From: a virus
Lineage: Duplodnaviria; Heunggongvirae; Uroviricota; Caudoviricetes
Virus record (IMG/VR): IMGVR_UViG_3300042484_003148
Span: 67,284 to 131,283 of that record
Strand: one strand, 5' to 3'
Length of the DNA: 64,000 bases
The notes beneath the pieces were generated by a model. That model saw nothing but the letters and a program-made list of their open reading frames with translations, was not told where the DNA came from and searched no databases. Each line of letters opens with the position of its first letter. Position 1 is the stretch's first letter. The position numbers and the translations under genes were made by a program. Of this stretch, positions 1 through 9,604 are shown piece after piece.

Positions 1-772
1 AATGTGTATTACATTTTTTACAACCTATTTTTTCATTTAAAAAACTACTTTTTAAAATCATGAAAGGACCATGTTCTTTGCAAATGATTTTAATTTTATC
101 TTTTTTAGTACCATGTACAGTTTCATCGTAAATATATTTATCACCATGAACTTCCATTGCTCTTTTAATAAATTCTTCACCAGTAATTGATAGTTTTTCT
201 CTGGAACAACGTTCACAATCACATAATAGGTGACTTGATGGTGTTGTTTTAAATAACCCGTGTTTATCACATCTTAATTCTATGTGACTTTTCATGTTAA
301 TAAAATTTATATTGTCATAATTAAATTTTTCACCATGAACTTCTTTAGCTTTTTGAATAAATTCTTCTTTAGTTATTGTATGATTTGAACATTTTTTACA
401 ACCTGTTGAGTTTATATGGTTGGTAGGTCTTTGTTCAAAATATTCACCACATGAATTACATTTTATTTTAATTTTAGTATCAGCGTTTATATATTCGCTT
501 TCACTGTAATCGTATTTATCACCATGTTTTTCTTTAAAAACTTCCTTAAAATTGTCTTTATTAACACTATATTTTGGTCCACAACTTGGACATGTTAAAT
601 TTTTACGTATCTTAGATGCTTTATTTAAAGTAAATGGTCCGTGAACTTTACATGTTATAGTAACAGGGTCGTTATTACTGATATATTTGGTGAGTTCGTA
701 AGTATAATTTTCACCATGTATTTTCTTGCATTGTTCAATATACTGTTCGTTGGTTAAGTTTTTAGCGTTCAT
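1..772 (-). CDS. Zn-ribbon-repeat (DUF723-like) putative homing endonuclease, 3' end outside window
   Basis: Manually translated from ATG 772 (absent from the ORF track because it runs off the edge). At least 4 repeats of HGDKYDY..C..HG.F...GCxxC (e.g. KHGDKYDYSESEYINADTKIKIKC). Same family as 31212..32498. Confidence 0.75.
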   Translation of the reverse strand, partial: MNAKNLTNEQYIEQCKKIHGENYTYELTKYISNNDPVTITCKVHGPFTLNKASKIRKNLTCPSCGPKYSVNKDNFKEVFKEKHGDKYDYSESEYINADTKIKIKCNSCGEYFEQRPTNHINSTGCKKCSNHTITKEEFIQKAKEVHGEKFNYDNINFINMKSHIELRCDKHGLFKTTPSSHLLCDCERCSREKLSITGEEFIKRAMEVHGDKYIYDETVHGTKKDKIKIICKEHGPFMILKSSFLNEKIGCKKCNTH

Positions 773-783
773 AAATAAAAGAT

Positions 784-806
784 GAGGAGGTATTGTTAAC
801 CTCCTC
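784..806 (-). terminator. hairpin GAGGAGG-N9-CCTCCTC followed by a U-rich tract
   Basis: Perfect 7-bp inverted repeat between the helicase stop and the ATG at 772. Confidence 0.5.
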
Positions 807-831
807 TGAAAGTAAATAGTTTGTTTTGTAA

Positions 832-2319
832 TTAATTCAAGTTAATACCTTGAAGTGGATGTGCTGATAACGCTTGTGACATTATTTCATCTTCATTATA
901 TTTTTGTTCAAATTTCTCTTCTTCTTTAACTATTTTTTCATTAAAGATAGAGTTTGGGTCATCTGATTGTATTTCTAACGTATCTTTATCAAAAGTAACA
1001 TTTTCCCACATCATACCATTACCTGAAATTCTTGATTTACAAATCATGAAATTATTTAGATTATTCTTTTTCATTTCAGGTGTTGCAGCACAACCTAAAA
1101 CCACTGCCGCTTTTTTACCTAACATAGCTGAACCGTATATATCAGCTAAGGTTAATACAGGCGCAATGTTAGCATTTTTACCTGCTTGGCAAGCTGTGAA
1201 AATAGCTATTTGATAATATTCAGCCATATTGTCCATAGCTCTTACAACTAAAGATTGCGAAGTAAATTCGGAATTTGTAGGTATTTCCCAGTCAAGGCAA
1301 TCGTAATAGTCTAAGTGTAAGGCAGTTACCTTTTTTCCAGTCTTGATTTCGGTATCTTCTATTAACTTTTTTATTTGACTTAACTTACTACCATCAGGCA
1401 TTCTGGTTATTGTTAAAGTTCCGGTGTTTGGATTTTCTTTAACTATTTTTAGTCTTTTTTGAGCCAATTCTTTGTTAGCAACCAATTGTGATATAGGAAT
1501 ACCAACCAAGTGTGAAAAAATTTTGCGTCTTACATCATCACGTTTACCTTCTAACAAAACAAATAAAATATTTTCACCAGCTTTGTATTGATTAGCCGCT
1601 ATTACCGACATTAGACTCGTTTTTCCTTGTCCCTGACCACTGAGGCAGACAAAAATTTCACCAAATGAAATTCCGCCATTTGTACCAAACGCATTATCAA
1701 TAAAATTAATACCTGTTTTAACTGCTCTTCTACTAGTTTCTGAAAACACTTCGTCTTCATTATCGAATATATCAATAGCGTCTTGTTTAACCTTACCAAT
1801 GTTTGATACTTTTTTAATTCTATCAATAACATCATCTAACAAGTAATCACCAACATTTCCATTATTTAATAAAGATTCTCCATGAACTAAAGCTTTTAGT
1901 AATTCTTTTTGTTTGATGAAGTTTAATGATTGGTCTTTGATTAATTGTGTATCATTATTGATTGTGCCATTTTTTCTATCAATAGTAATCTTTCTAATTT
2001 GTTGTAATCTTGCAACAATCTCAGCTCTATCTACATCGTTCTGTACCTCAGTATTAACAATGCTGAAAATATTTTCAATATTTGGAGGTAATTGGTATTT
2101 ATCATAATAATTCTTGATTTGAATCATTATCATCCTTAAACTTTTATCCTCAAAATAATTACTATCAATAGAATGTATTATTTCATCAAAAAACGTATTA
2201 TTAGTTTTTAGATTAATATTATTAGGTGTTAAAATCTCATTTAATAACTTAACTTGATATAATTGACCAAGTTTACTAAATGTGGGTAAATTGTCTTCAG
2301 CGTCATTCAACTGACTCAT
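832..2319 (-). CDS. replicative helicase, DnaB/T4 gp41-like (SF4)
   Basis: Walker A GQGQGKT, LFVLLEG, LDYYD Walker B, TACQ motif, ADIYGS, KSR arginine finger; gp41-like N-terminal region. Confidence 0.9.
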   Translation of the reverse strand: MSQLNDAEDNLPTFSKLGQLYQVKLLNEILTPNNINLKTNNTFFDEIIHSIDSNYFEDKSLRMIMIQIKNYYDKYQLPPNIENIFSIVNTEVQNDVDRAEIVARLQQIRKITIDRKNGTINNDTQLIKDQSLNFIKQKELLKALVHGESLLNNGNVGDYLLDDVIDRIKKVSNIGKVKQDAIDIFDNEDEVFSETSRRAVKTGINFIDNAFGTNGGISFGEIFVCLSGQGQGKTSLMSVIAANQYKAGENILFVLLEGKRDDVRRKIFSHLVGIPISQLVANKELAQKRLKIVKENPNTGTLTITRMPDGSKLSQIKKLIEDTEIKTGKKVTALHLDYYDCLDWEIPTNSEFTSQSLVVRAMDNMAEYYQIAIFTACQAGKNANIAPVLTLADIYGSAMLGKKAAVVLGCAATPEMKKNNLNNFMICKSRISGNGMMWENVTFDKDTLEIQSDDPNSIFNEKIVKEEEKFEQKYNEDEIMSQALSAHPLQGINLN

Positions 2320-2480
2320 TTGTTTTTAATTTAAAGGGTTCAACATATTTGGAATTTTAAGCGCGTTTAACGCAGGTTGATTCAAACCTAATACTTTATA
2401 TCAACTAACTAATATTGTGTCTCTACGGTACATAAAAACACACTTTAAAGATACAATACTAATTAATATAACGGCTATTA

Positions 2481-2855
2481 CTACCAGTCAATTTCTATAC
2501 AATATTCACCTGCTTTTATCAAACCTTTACTATAGAGGTCATTAATAACCATATCAACGTGAGGATAGAAATTTCTTTGATAGTCAATATCATTACCTTC
2601 GATATAGTCAATTTCTAACCAATTTTTGAAACTAACACCACCAAAACCATCAAACGGGTCTTTTTCATTTGGGTCAAACTCACCAGATACGTCTTCATGG
2701 TCATAAGGATTAGTTACAGGAACAGTTATATGTTCAGTACCTCTATCTTTGCAACCATCTTGTTGTTGGAATGAATACGGTTTACTATAAGTTTTCTCTA
2801 CAAGATTATCCCAATCTTGGAGTTTAACCATTTGTATTGTTGTTGTCTTTAACAT
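2481..2855 (-). CDS. hypothetical phage protein
   Basis: 124-aa ORF, ATG start, no recognisable motif. Confidence 0.6.
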   Translation of the reverse strand: MLKTTTIQMVKLQDWDNLVEKTYSKPYSFQQQDGCKDRGTEHITVPVTNPYDHEDVSGEFDPNEKDPFDGFGGVSFKNWLEIDYIEGNDIDYQRNFYPHVDMVINDLYSKGLIKAGEYCIEIDW

Positions 2856-2897
2856 TTTTTATCAGATTTATTAAAAACCTAAACTACAATATTTCTA

Positions 2898-3071
2898 TTA
2901 TAGTTTAGGTTTGAATGTTATTTGTACACCTTTAACACCAATAAATTTATATTCAACTAACCAATTTTGTTGGTTGCAAATTTCTTCTAACCAATCAGTA
3001 AATTTCTTTAAAGGAAATTTATGCATCATGTTATAAGTTTTATTGGGTTTTATTGAAAGTGTGTTGTCCAT
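2898..3071 (-). CDS. small hypothetical protein (57 aa)
   Basis: Manually read MDNTLSIKPNK...QITFKPKL*; below the ORF-track cutoff. Confidence 0.45.
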   Translation of the reverse strand: MDNTLSIKPNKTYNMMHKFPLKKFTDWLEEICNQQNWLVEYKFIGVKGVQITFKPKL

Positions 3072-3247
3072 ATTAATTTATTGATTCTAGTCAATTTTTG
3101 AAACAAACACTACAATAACCAACTTAATGATTATTGTAGTGTTTAATAAAGCATTTACTCTTTAGTTACTGTTACTATAATTAAAATAAGTAGTAGTAAA
3201 TTAGTTGCAATTAATTGGATATCCATAATTTTAGCACTTAACTATAT

Positions 3248-3805
3248 TTACTCAACAACTAAGAAACTACTGAATGGGTGTCTTTCGTAGTTTTTGTGTA
3301 GGATTTCAAAATCACGTTTTTTAAGTTGTGATTGAATATCTGTAACAATGTCGCTGAATGTGTCGGTTAAGTTATAACTAAATCTAACATTTGGGTTATA
3401 ATTTTCAACCATGAAATTTCTTTCAATTACGATGTCTTTAGTTGGGTTACCTTTTTCATCAGTACCTTCGTTATAAAGAACGTATTTGAATTTTTCTTGG
3501 TCGTTAATGTAGAAACCTTCATCACTTTTACCGCCTGTTGAAAGTCTAACTGTTTTGTTTTCAGAATCAGGTAATTTTGCAAACTCGGCAGCTTTAATGT
3601 AGTTAATTAACTCATTAGTTTTTTTGTTTGAGCCAGCAATCCTTAAATCTTTATCAGGAGTTGAAAGAGTTTGTTTAAACTGACGAATGTAAGTTTTAGC
3701 TACATCTTGTAAGTTTATGTTGTTAATAAAGTGTTTAGGAAAGATTCTTTCTGTAATAACTTTATTGTTAAGTAATAATGCAAATTTAAAGTGAGAATTG
3801 CTCAT
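3248..3805 (-). CDS. hypothetical phage protein
   Basis: 185-aa ORF. Confidence 0.6.
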   Translation of the reverse strand: MSNSHFKFALLLNNKVITERIFPKHFINNINLQDVAKTYIRQFKQTLSTPDKDLRIAGSNKKTNELINYIKAAEFAKLPDSENKTVRLSTGGKSDEGFYINDQEKFKYVLYNEGTDEKGNPTKDIVIERNFMVENYNPNVRFSYNLTDTFSDIVTDIQSQLKKRDFEILHKNYERHPFSSFLVVE

Positions 3806-3934
3806 TCGGTAGAGATTTATTCGGAATTAGTTTGTTTCTTTGCTTTAGACGTTATTATTTTATTTCTAAAGTAAGAAGAGTAAACAAACAACACAATTTA
3901 TTATTTTAATGTGTTGTTTGTTTTTGTGGTTTTG

Positions 3935-4210
3935 TTATTTTAGGTTTTTAATATCTATCGTTGTTTCAATGAACAAATCAGATAAACCTAATTTTTTTAG
4001 TTCATTTTTTAGTAATCTAGTTTTTGCTCTTTCTAAAGTATTTTCTGTTAGTAAAGAGAACATAAATACAGTAGTAAAAATACTGTTTAATTCTTTTTGA
4101 CCTGGTTGATTTGTTGCAAAGAAGAATAAAACTAGTATTAAAAGACCAAATACTGAACATTGCAATATTACATTAGCGTAATAAACAATTTTTGTTACTT
4201 TGTTTGACAT
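3935..4210 (-). CDS. small membrane protein
   Basis: Two hydrophobic segments. Confidence 0.5.
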   Translation of the reverse strand: MSNKVTKIVYYANVILQCSVFGLLILVLFFFATNQPGQKELNSIFTTVFMFSLLTENTLERAKTRLLKNELKKLGLSDLFIETTIDIKNLK

Positions 4211-4216
4211 TACAGA

Positions 4217-4672
4217 TTAAGCTTTAAAAGGTTTCTTGCCTGCTTTACCTTTCTCTTTTTGGTCTTTAGCTTCGTCAGCTTTTTGTTGAATTAATGTTCT
4301 AACCAATTCTTTAGCTCTACTAAGTTTTTTGTCATACTTAGATTGAAGACCTGAGAATGTTGTGTAATCTGGTGTTGCTTTTGAAACAATTTCTTTGTCT
4401 TGGTCGAATCCAACGTAAGCTAAAGCTTCTTCAATGATATCTCTTGCTTCATCATCTAATTTGTCAAAAAGGTCTTCGTTGACAAAAATTAAGAATTCGA
4501 TTTCATTTAGGTATTCAATTACACCATTTGCTTTTGCAGGTGAATAAATATCCTTTTGTTTTTCGTTGTTAAGTAACTTTATTTTAATAAAGTCTGGGAG
4601 TGAGGTTTGTTTGTTTCTGATTTCGTTAAATCTTTCTTGTAATTCATCAGATACTTCTGTAAACTTAGCCAT
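4217..4672 (-). CDS. phage metallopeptidase-like fold protein, HExxH apparently degenerate
   Basis: FLIFVNEDLFDKLDDEARDIIEEALAY resembles the putative phage metallopeptidase family but lacks the His ligands. Confidence 0.3.
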   Translation of the reverse strand: MAKFTEVSDELQERFNEIRNKQTSLPDFIKIKLLNNEKQKDIYSPAKANGVIEYLNEIEFLIFVNEDLFDKLDDEARDIIEEALAYVGFDQDKEIVSKATPDYTTFSGLQSKYDKKLSRAKELVRTLIQQKADEAKDQKEKGKAGKKPFKA

Positions 4673-4837
4673 TTAGTTTATTGGTTAAGAGGTTAAACAT
4701 TTATTTAAATTGATAATGCAAACTTAGTAATAAAAAATGATAAAACCAAACAATTATTTAACATATTTTCTTGTTAAAGTGTGTTTTTCTTTTAACTGTT
4801 TGGTTTTTAGTTGTAAAATTTTAAAAATATTTTGTTT

Positions 4838-5383
4838 TTATTTACTATCACTAATAATATCATCAACATCTTGTAAATTTGATGTTTTGTTTATTTTTAT
4901 TACCTTATCTAGTACACTATATTCTTGTCTTTCTACATTTATGTAATTATTTATTCTTGGTTTTTCATTTATATTTATTAGTAGGTCATCTTTTTTATAT
5001 AAAAAGTTATCATTATAATTATTTGTTGTGGAACCTGTGTAAATATAAGTTGTTGTGTTTGTTATTAGATTTGTTGTATAAATAATATCATTTAAATTAT
5101 AAACAACTTGTGTATATTCTAAAGTAGTTGGGTTTCTTGTTAAATTGATAACACCATTTACACCTATTTGGTATGGATTTGTCTGGTCATACGTTCTAAT
5201 TTCATCTAACATAGATTCGGTTGAACCTGTAATGAATATATTATTTTTATTTGTTGTGTTTGGATTATTATTTTCTATTTCATCATTTACTCCGGATAAT
5301 TTAAATGATTCAGTTAGTAATATATCAATATTGTATTCGGTTGAACCTGAGTTATATAGTATTTTTTTGGTTATTGTTTGCAT
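4838..5383 (-). CDS. probable virion structural protein
   Basis: T/N/Y-rich with a TGST motif like the other structural ORFs; likely ATG is 5383. Confidence 0.4.
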   Translation of the reverse strand: MQTITKKILYNSGSTEYNIDILLTESFKLSGVNDEIENNNPNTTNKNNIFITGSTESMLDEIRTYDQTNPYQIGVNGVINLTRNPTTLEYTQVVYNLNDIIYTTNLITNTTTYIYTGSTTNNYNDNFLYKKDDLLININEKPRINNYINVERQEYSVLDKVIKINKTSNLQDVDDIISDSK

Positions 5384-5449
5384 AATTGTACTATTTATAA
5401 TAAATATTAGAAAATAACTAATATTTTGATTATTTAAACAAATATTAAT

Positions 5450-5839
5450 ATGGCAAGACCTATAAAAAAACAAAATAATTTTACTACTGGGTATGATTCA
5501 GTTTTAGGTGAGTTGGGTAATTTAGCGAAAGAACTTAATGATTTTAAAATGAAAGCATTAAGGGATTATAATGAAGTAAGAGCTTTGGCTGGTAAGGATG
5601 ATTTAGCTGATAAAATTCAGATTGAAAATATACGTGCTAACTGTATGAAAAGCTTCCAGGAATTCTTTAAATTAAGGGTTGATGTTCTTAAAATTCATGC
5701 AGCTGTTGCGATGAAAGCTAATGCAAAAAGTAAAGAAGTTGAAGATGCTGCTAGTTTAGGTACTGGTGAAAAGGAGTCGATGATGGATTTGATGGAAAAA
5801 CTTAAGAAAGATATATCAGATTCTAGATTGAAAAATTAA
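5450..5839 (+). CDS. helical hypothetical protein
   Basis: 129 aa; ACTATTTATA motif at 5390. Confidence 0.6.
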   Translation: MARPIKKQNNFTTGYDSVLGELGNLAKELNDFKMKALRDYNEVRALAGKDDLADKIQIENIRANCMKSFQEFFKLRVDVLKIHAAVAMKANAKSKEVEDAASLGTGEKESMMDLMEKLKKDISDSRLKN

Positions 5840-5882
5840 ACAATAAAACCTCTCTTAATTAATTTTAGGAGAGGTTTTCATT

Positions 5883-6480
5883 TTAACAAGGTAATTCATT
5901 TATTTTTATTATCCAACCACTTGGAATGTTTATCATAGCTAATACATTTTTAAAATATTCATCTTTTGGTGGTACGGTTATGTTGTCTTTCTCAGGTGAT
6001 AACATTTTTAACAAAATAAGTTCATTGTAACACGCTTCAATATATTTGTTGTAAATGTTTAAAACCATGTTACTCGTTTTAGGTATTAAATTTTGTATTT
6101 CATAACTAGCGTTTATTCTAACTTTTTCAGCTAACTGAATGTATCTTGATTCTTCTTCAGTAAATGTTGTTAAGATAATAGTATTTCCTAAGACAGATTT
6201 GTTATGTTGTCTAATTTTATCAATAACGTCAACGTTTTCAAATCCGAAATAAGGGTCGTCTATGATTAAATCATTTATTCTGTAACCTATTAAATTACTA
6301 TTGAATGATTTAATTTTTCTATCTATCAAATGACTATGTTTTTTATTAAAAGATTTTGATTCAAAAATTTTTGGTTTTATGTTTTAAACTTGGTATAAAG
6401 TTTGCAACATTTTTATTTAAAAGCTCAATGGCTCTGGTGGTTTTTCCAGAACCTCTTGGTGAAGAATAGACGTAAATCAT
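5883..6480 (-). pseudogene. P-loop NTPase split by a +1 frameshift (programmed, mutation or assembly error)
   Basis: 6480..6361 encodes MIYVYSSPRGSGKTT (Walker A) and ends TTT-TGA; the +1 frame continues to DLIIDD (Walker B) and the stop at 5883. Confidence 0.6.
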
Positions 6481-6509
6481 GTTAAAAATTTTTATAAAAT
6501 TAGTTTAGT

Positions 6510-6959
6510 TTATTCCATTTCAAAAATATATTCTTCATTTTCATTCCATGTAAAATTTATTTTATTTTTATAATCATGTATACATATTGAGGTTTCATTA
6601 GGAAAAATTGTTAATACACCTGAAAAACCGATTAGATTAAAATTTAGTAAATCTGTTCTATTGTTCATTATTTCTACAGTTTTTTCACATATTTTGGTAA
6701 TTTTAACATATTGTCCGTTTTTAAATTTTTTATTTTTTAAATCAGATAACATATTTTCTTTTATTTTAGAAACATTTTCAGTTCTTATAATATAATCTCG
6801 ATTGTTATATGTTTGATTTTTTAATTTATTTAAAAATACTGTACTATCTATTTTATTATCAATTTGTATTTCAGATATTATTTTTATGATTTCATCTAAA
6901 TGGTAAGCCATAATTAATTTATTTTTCACTAGTATAATAAAATTAATTAACATTTCCAA
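6510..6959 (-). CDS. hypothetical protein
   Basis: 149-aa ORF; true start may be the internal MAYHL. Confidence 0.5.
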   Translation of the reverse strand: MEMLINFIILVKNKLIMAYHLDEIIKIISEIQIDNKIDSTVFLNKLKNQTYNNRDYIIRTENVSKIKENMLSDLKNKKFKNGQYVKITKICEKTVEIMNNRTDLLNFNLIGFSGVLTIFPNETSICIHDYKNKINFTWNENEEYIFEME

Positions 6960-7004
6960 ATTATTTCATTTATTTTTACATTATTTATAAAAAAGTATTA
7001 TAAT

Positions 7005-7901
7005 ATGGACATATCCGACCACATGTTAAGAGGTTCTGGGAAACCAAACAAAAGAGACGGTTTAAAAACCAAGACAATACATATTGCTGAGGTTATTGAT
7101 AATAATGACCCAACGGATAGTTATAGGGTTAAATGTAAAATACCTGGGTTAGATGATACCGTTTCATCTAGTGATAATCGTTTGTGGTGTAATTTTTTTG
7201 GTTATAAAGGTTCTAGTGTAATTCCTAAGATAGGTGAATCTGTTTATGTTATTCTTGGTGATGTTTCATATCCTTTGGAATTTAGATTTTGGTCAGGACC
7301 TGTTATTGGTGATTTACAGAATATGGAATTTGATTCTTATGTTAGTTCTTTGAATAATCAAACAGGTGCTGTACTTGAAAGTAACAAACCTCTTTCAACT
7401 GTACCTAATTCAGATAAAACATTTCCTGTTACAAATAATGATGATTTAAATGATTCTAAATTATTAGGAAGGTATGGTTCTGATTTATTATTACCTAGGA
7501 ATAAATTTAGATTAAGAGCAAATAAAAATAATTCTGATTTAAGTATTAATAATATTAACCCTGTCATAGTTGAAGGGGGTATCAATAAAGATTCTGATAC
7601 TTCTTATCACGCTATTATGAGCGATATGTTGGTTTTATTATCAAGAGCTGAAGGTTCTGCTAAATTAACAGGTAATAATCATGAAATAACTGAAGATGAT
7701 ATTCAAAATATAAAACAAAACGGTTTTACAACACTTAGAGCTGAACCAACTGTTGAGTTATTAAAATTAATGATTAGGTTTATGTTTGAACATATGCATC
7801 CTTACGGAGGAAAGGAACCTTTGTTGAATTTAGATTTACCTAAAAGTATTGCAAACTTTGATTTTGAAACAATTAAAAATAAAGGTATTAAGATTAATTA
7901 A
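7005..7901 (+). CDS. baseplate central spike (gp5/gpV/VgrG-like OB fold with C-terminal HxH)
   Basis: AEVIDNNDP..RVKCKIP...IPKIGESVYV OB-fold signature; C-terminal HMHPY metal-binding tip motif. Confidence 0.85.
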   Translation: MDISDHMLRGSGKPNKRDGLKTKTIHIAEVIDNNDPTDSYRVKCKIPGLDDTVSSSDNRLWCNFFGYKGSSVIPKIGESVYVILGDVSYPLEFRFWSGPVIGDLQNMEFDSYVSSLNNQTGAVLESNKPLSTVPNSDKTFPVTNNDDLNDSKLLGRYGSDLLLPRNKFRLRANKNNSDLSINNINPVIVEGGINKDSDTSYHAIMSDMLVLLSRAEGSAKLTGNNHEITEDDIQNIKQNGFTTLRAEPTVELLKLMIRFMFEHMHPYGGKEPLLNLDLPKSIANFDFETIKNKGIKIN

Positions 7902-7991
7902 TTTAAAAACACACTCAGTGATTATTCTATTTGGTAGATAAATTATAATTGTTTGCAACCAACTATAAACTAATTTGAGTGTGTTTGTTTT

Positions 7992-9422
7992 TTAACCGAA
8001 TTTATTACATTTTTTACAATAACATGTTTGGTCAAACGGGTCTGCTGTCATTACCCATTGATGTTCACATTCAGTTTTTGTATTATCTATAAACTCATCA
8101 ACTGTTGGTCCAACTTTATCATATTCTTGTGACTTATTCCAATCTTCAAGAATTTGCTCTTTCGATGTTGTTCTGAAATATTCTTTCAGTTCTTCTAGAA
8201 AGTTTTGGTTGTTATTTTCCATTTTGTTCTTTAAATTTTTTAATTGATAAAACCAATGCTGATAAAGGTGTTAAACTTGTATTGTAACATTCTTTATTAA
8301 TATAACCATAATACTGAAAATCCTCACCTCGAATAATTTGAATATCATGGTTTAGTTGAAATTGTAATATTTCATCTAAATCAAACAATTCTTTGGTTAA
8401 TTTATTTTCTTCTTGAAAGTAATTAAATTCCATTATTACCAACATTTAACTTTTCAACTTTAATAATATACTCTTCAAGCAAACTTGTATTCTTTGAAAT
8501 ATAGAACCTTTCAACACCTGTTGAATCTTTGTTTTTAAATGCTTCTACAGTCTTTTCTTCACCATTATACAAAGTAGTTACTAAATATTGGTTATCTGGG
8601 TTATATCTAGCATTAAATAATAAACAATCTTCGTTATTTTCCTCTAGACCTTTTTCCATTCGATAATTTCTACTTATCCAACCAAATAAATTAATTCTTT
8701 GTTCAGGTGTTAATTGATTATAATAGCTATCAATAACTTTCTGAAAGAACATAGCTCTGGCGATAGGTACAGGAGGTATGCATGTTTCAACTAAGAAACT
8801 AAACTCAAAGAAATCTATAATGAACCCTTCTGGTTTTGTTGTTTTGTTTTTTTTCATTACTTTAAATCTTATCTACTTTCCAACCGAATTGTGCAACAAA
8901 GTTTGAAGCTAGTCTTAATCTATTTTCTTTATTATTTCTAAGATATGATTTTCCAAACAAATGAAATGTTTTTTTCTTTGTTTTAAAATAATCACCTAAC
9001 CAGTTAATAAATTCTGATTCTTGTTCCTTGGTCCAAGTATGTGACCAATACCAATTATCAGCTTTAACAAACTCTCTAATATTATCAGTTGGTGCTGATA
9101 CACTTTTAAACATTTCTGGTAAAATATCTTCGTATAGATATTTATCAATTAATTCTTGTCTGTTTAACATATTTTATAAACTTTTAATAAATGATTCGGT
9201 TTCTCTAACTAAACTAACAAAGTCTGATGATTCTATCTTTTGATAACCAGTTGAATTTCCGTTTTTGAAACGTATACTTGCTGTATATTCTATCTCATTT
9301 TCTGTAAAAAGTTTTCTACCTATAGTAAATTCAATCTTATCAACTTTATCTGATTTAAACGGATTACTATAACTAGAAATAAATTTCTTTTCTTCTTCTG
9401 AATTATTAAATATATTTAACAT
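7992..9422 (-). other. operon of five small hypothetical genes (9174-9422, 8862-9170, 8423-8857, 8212-8445, 7992-8222)
   Basis: Tightly packed or overlapping ORFs downstream of a Bacteroidota-type promoter at 9515-9546. Confidence 0.6.
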
Positions 9423-9604
9423 TATATTGTTTTATTTAAGTTATTATTTAAAATCTTAAACGTTTTTAAGTATAAAAGGTTGCAATATTTAACACTTTTA
9501 CATTAAAGACAATACAAATCTAGTTGTTTTAAACTAATAAAACAAATTTTTACTAAACAATTTTTACATAAATTGTCAAAATGAGAACCTACTATTTAAG
9601 GGAA

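Noticed and set aside
9591-9600. ACTATTTAAG late-like motif on the + strand
   Set aside because: No + strand gene follows; likely a chance occurrence in AT-rich DNA.
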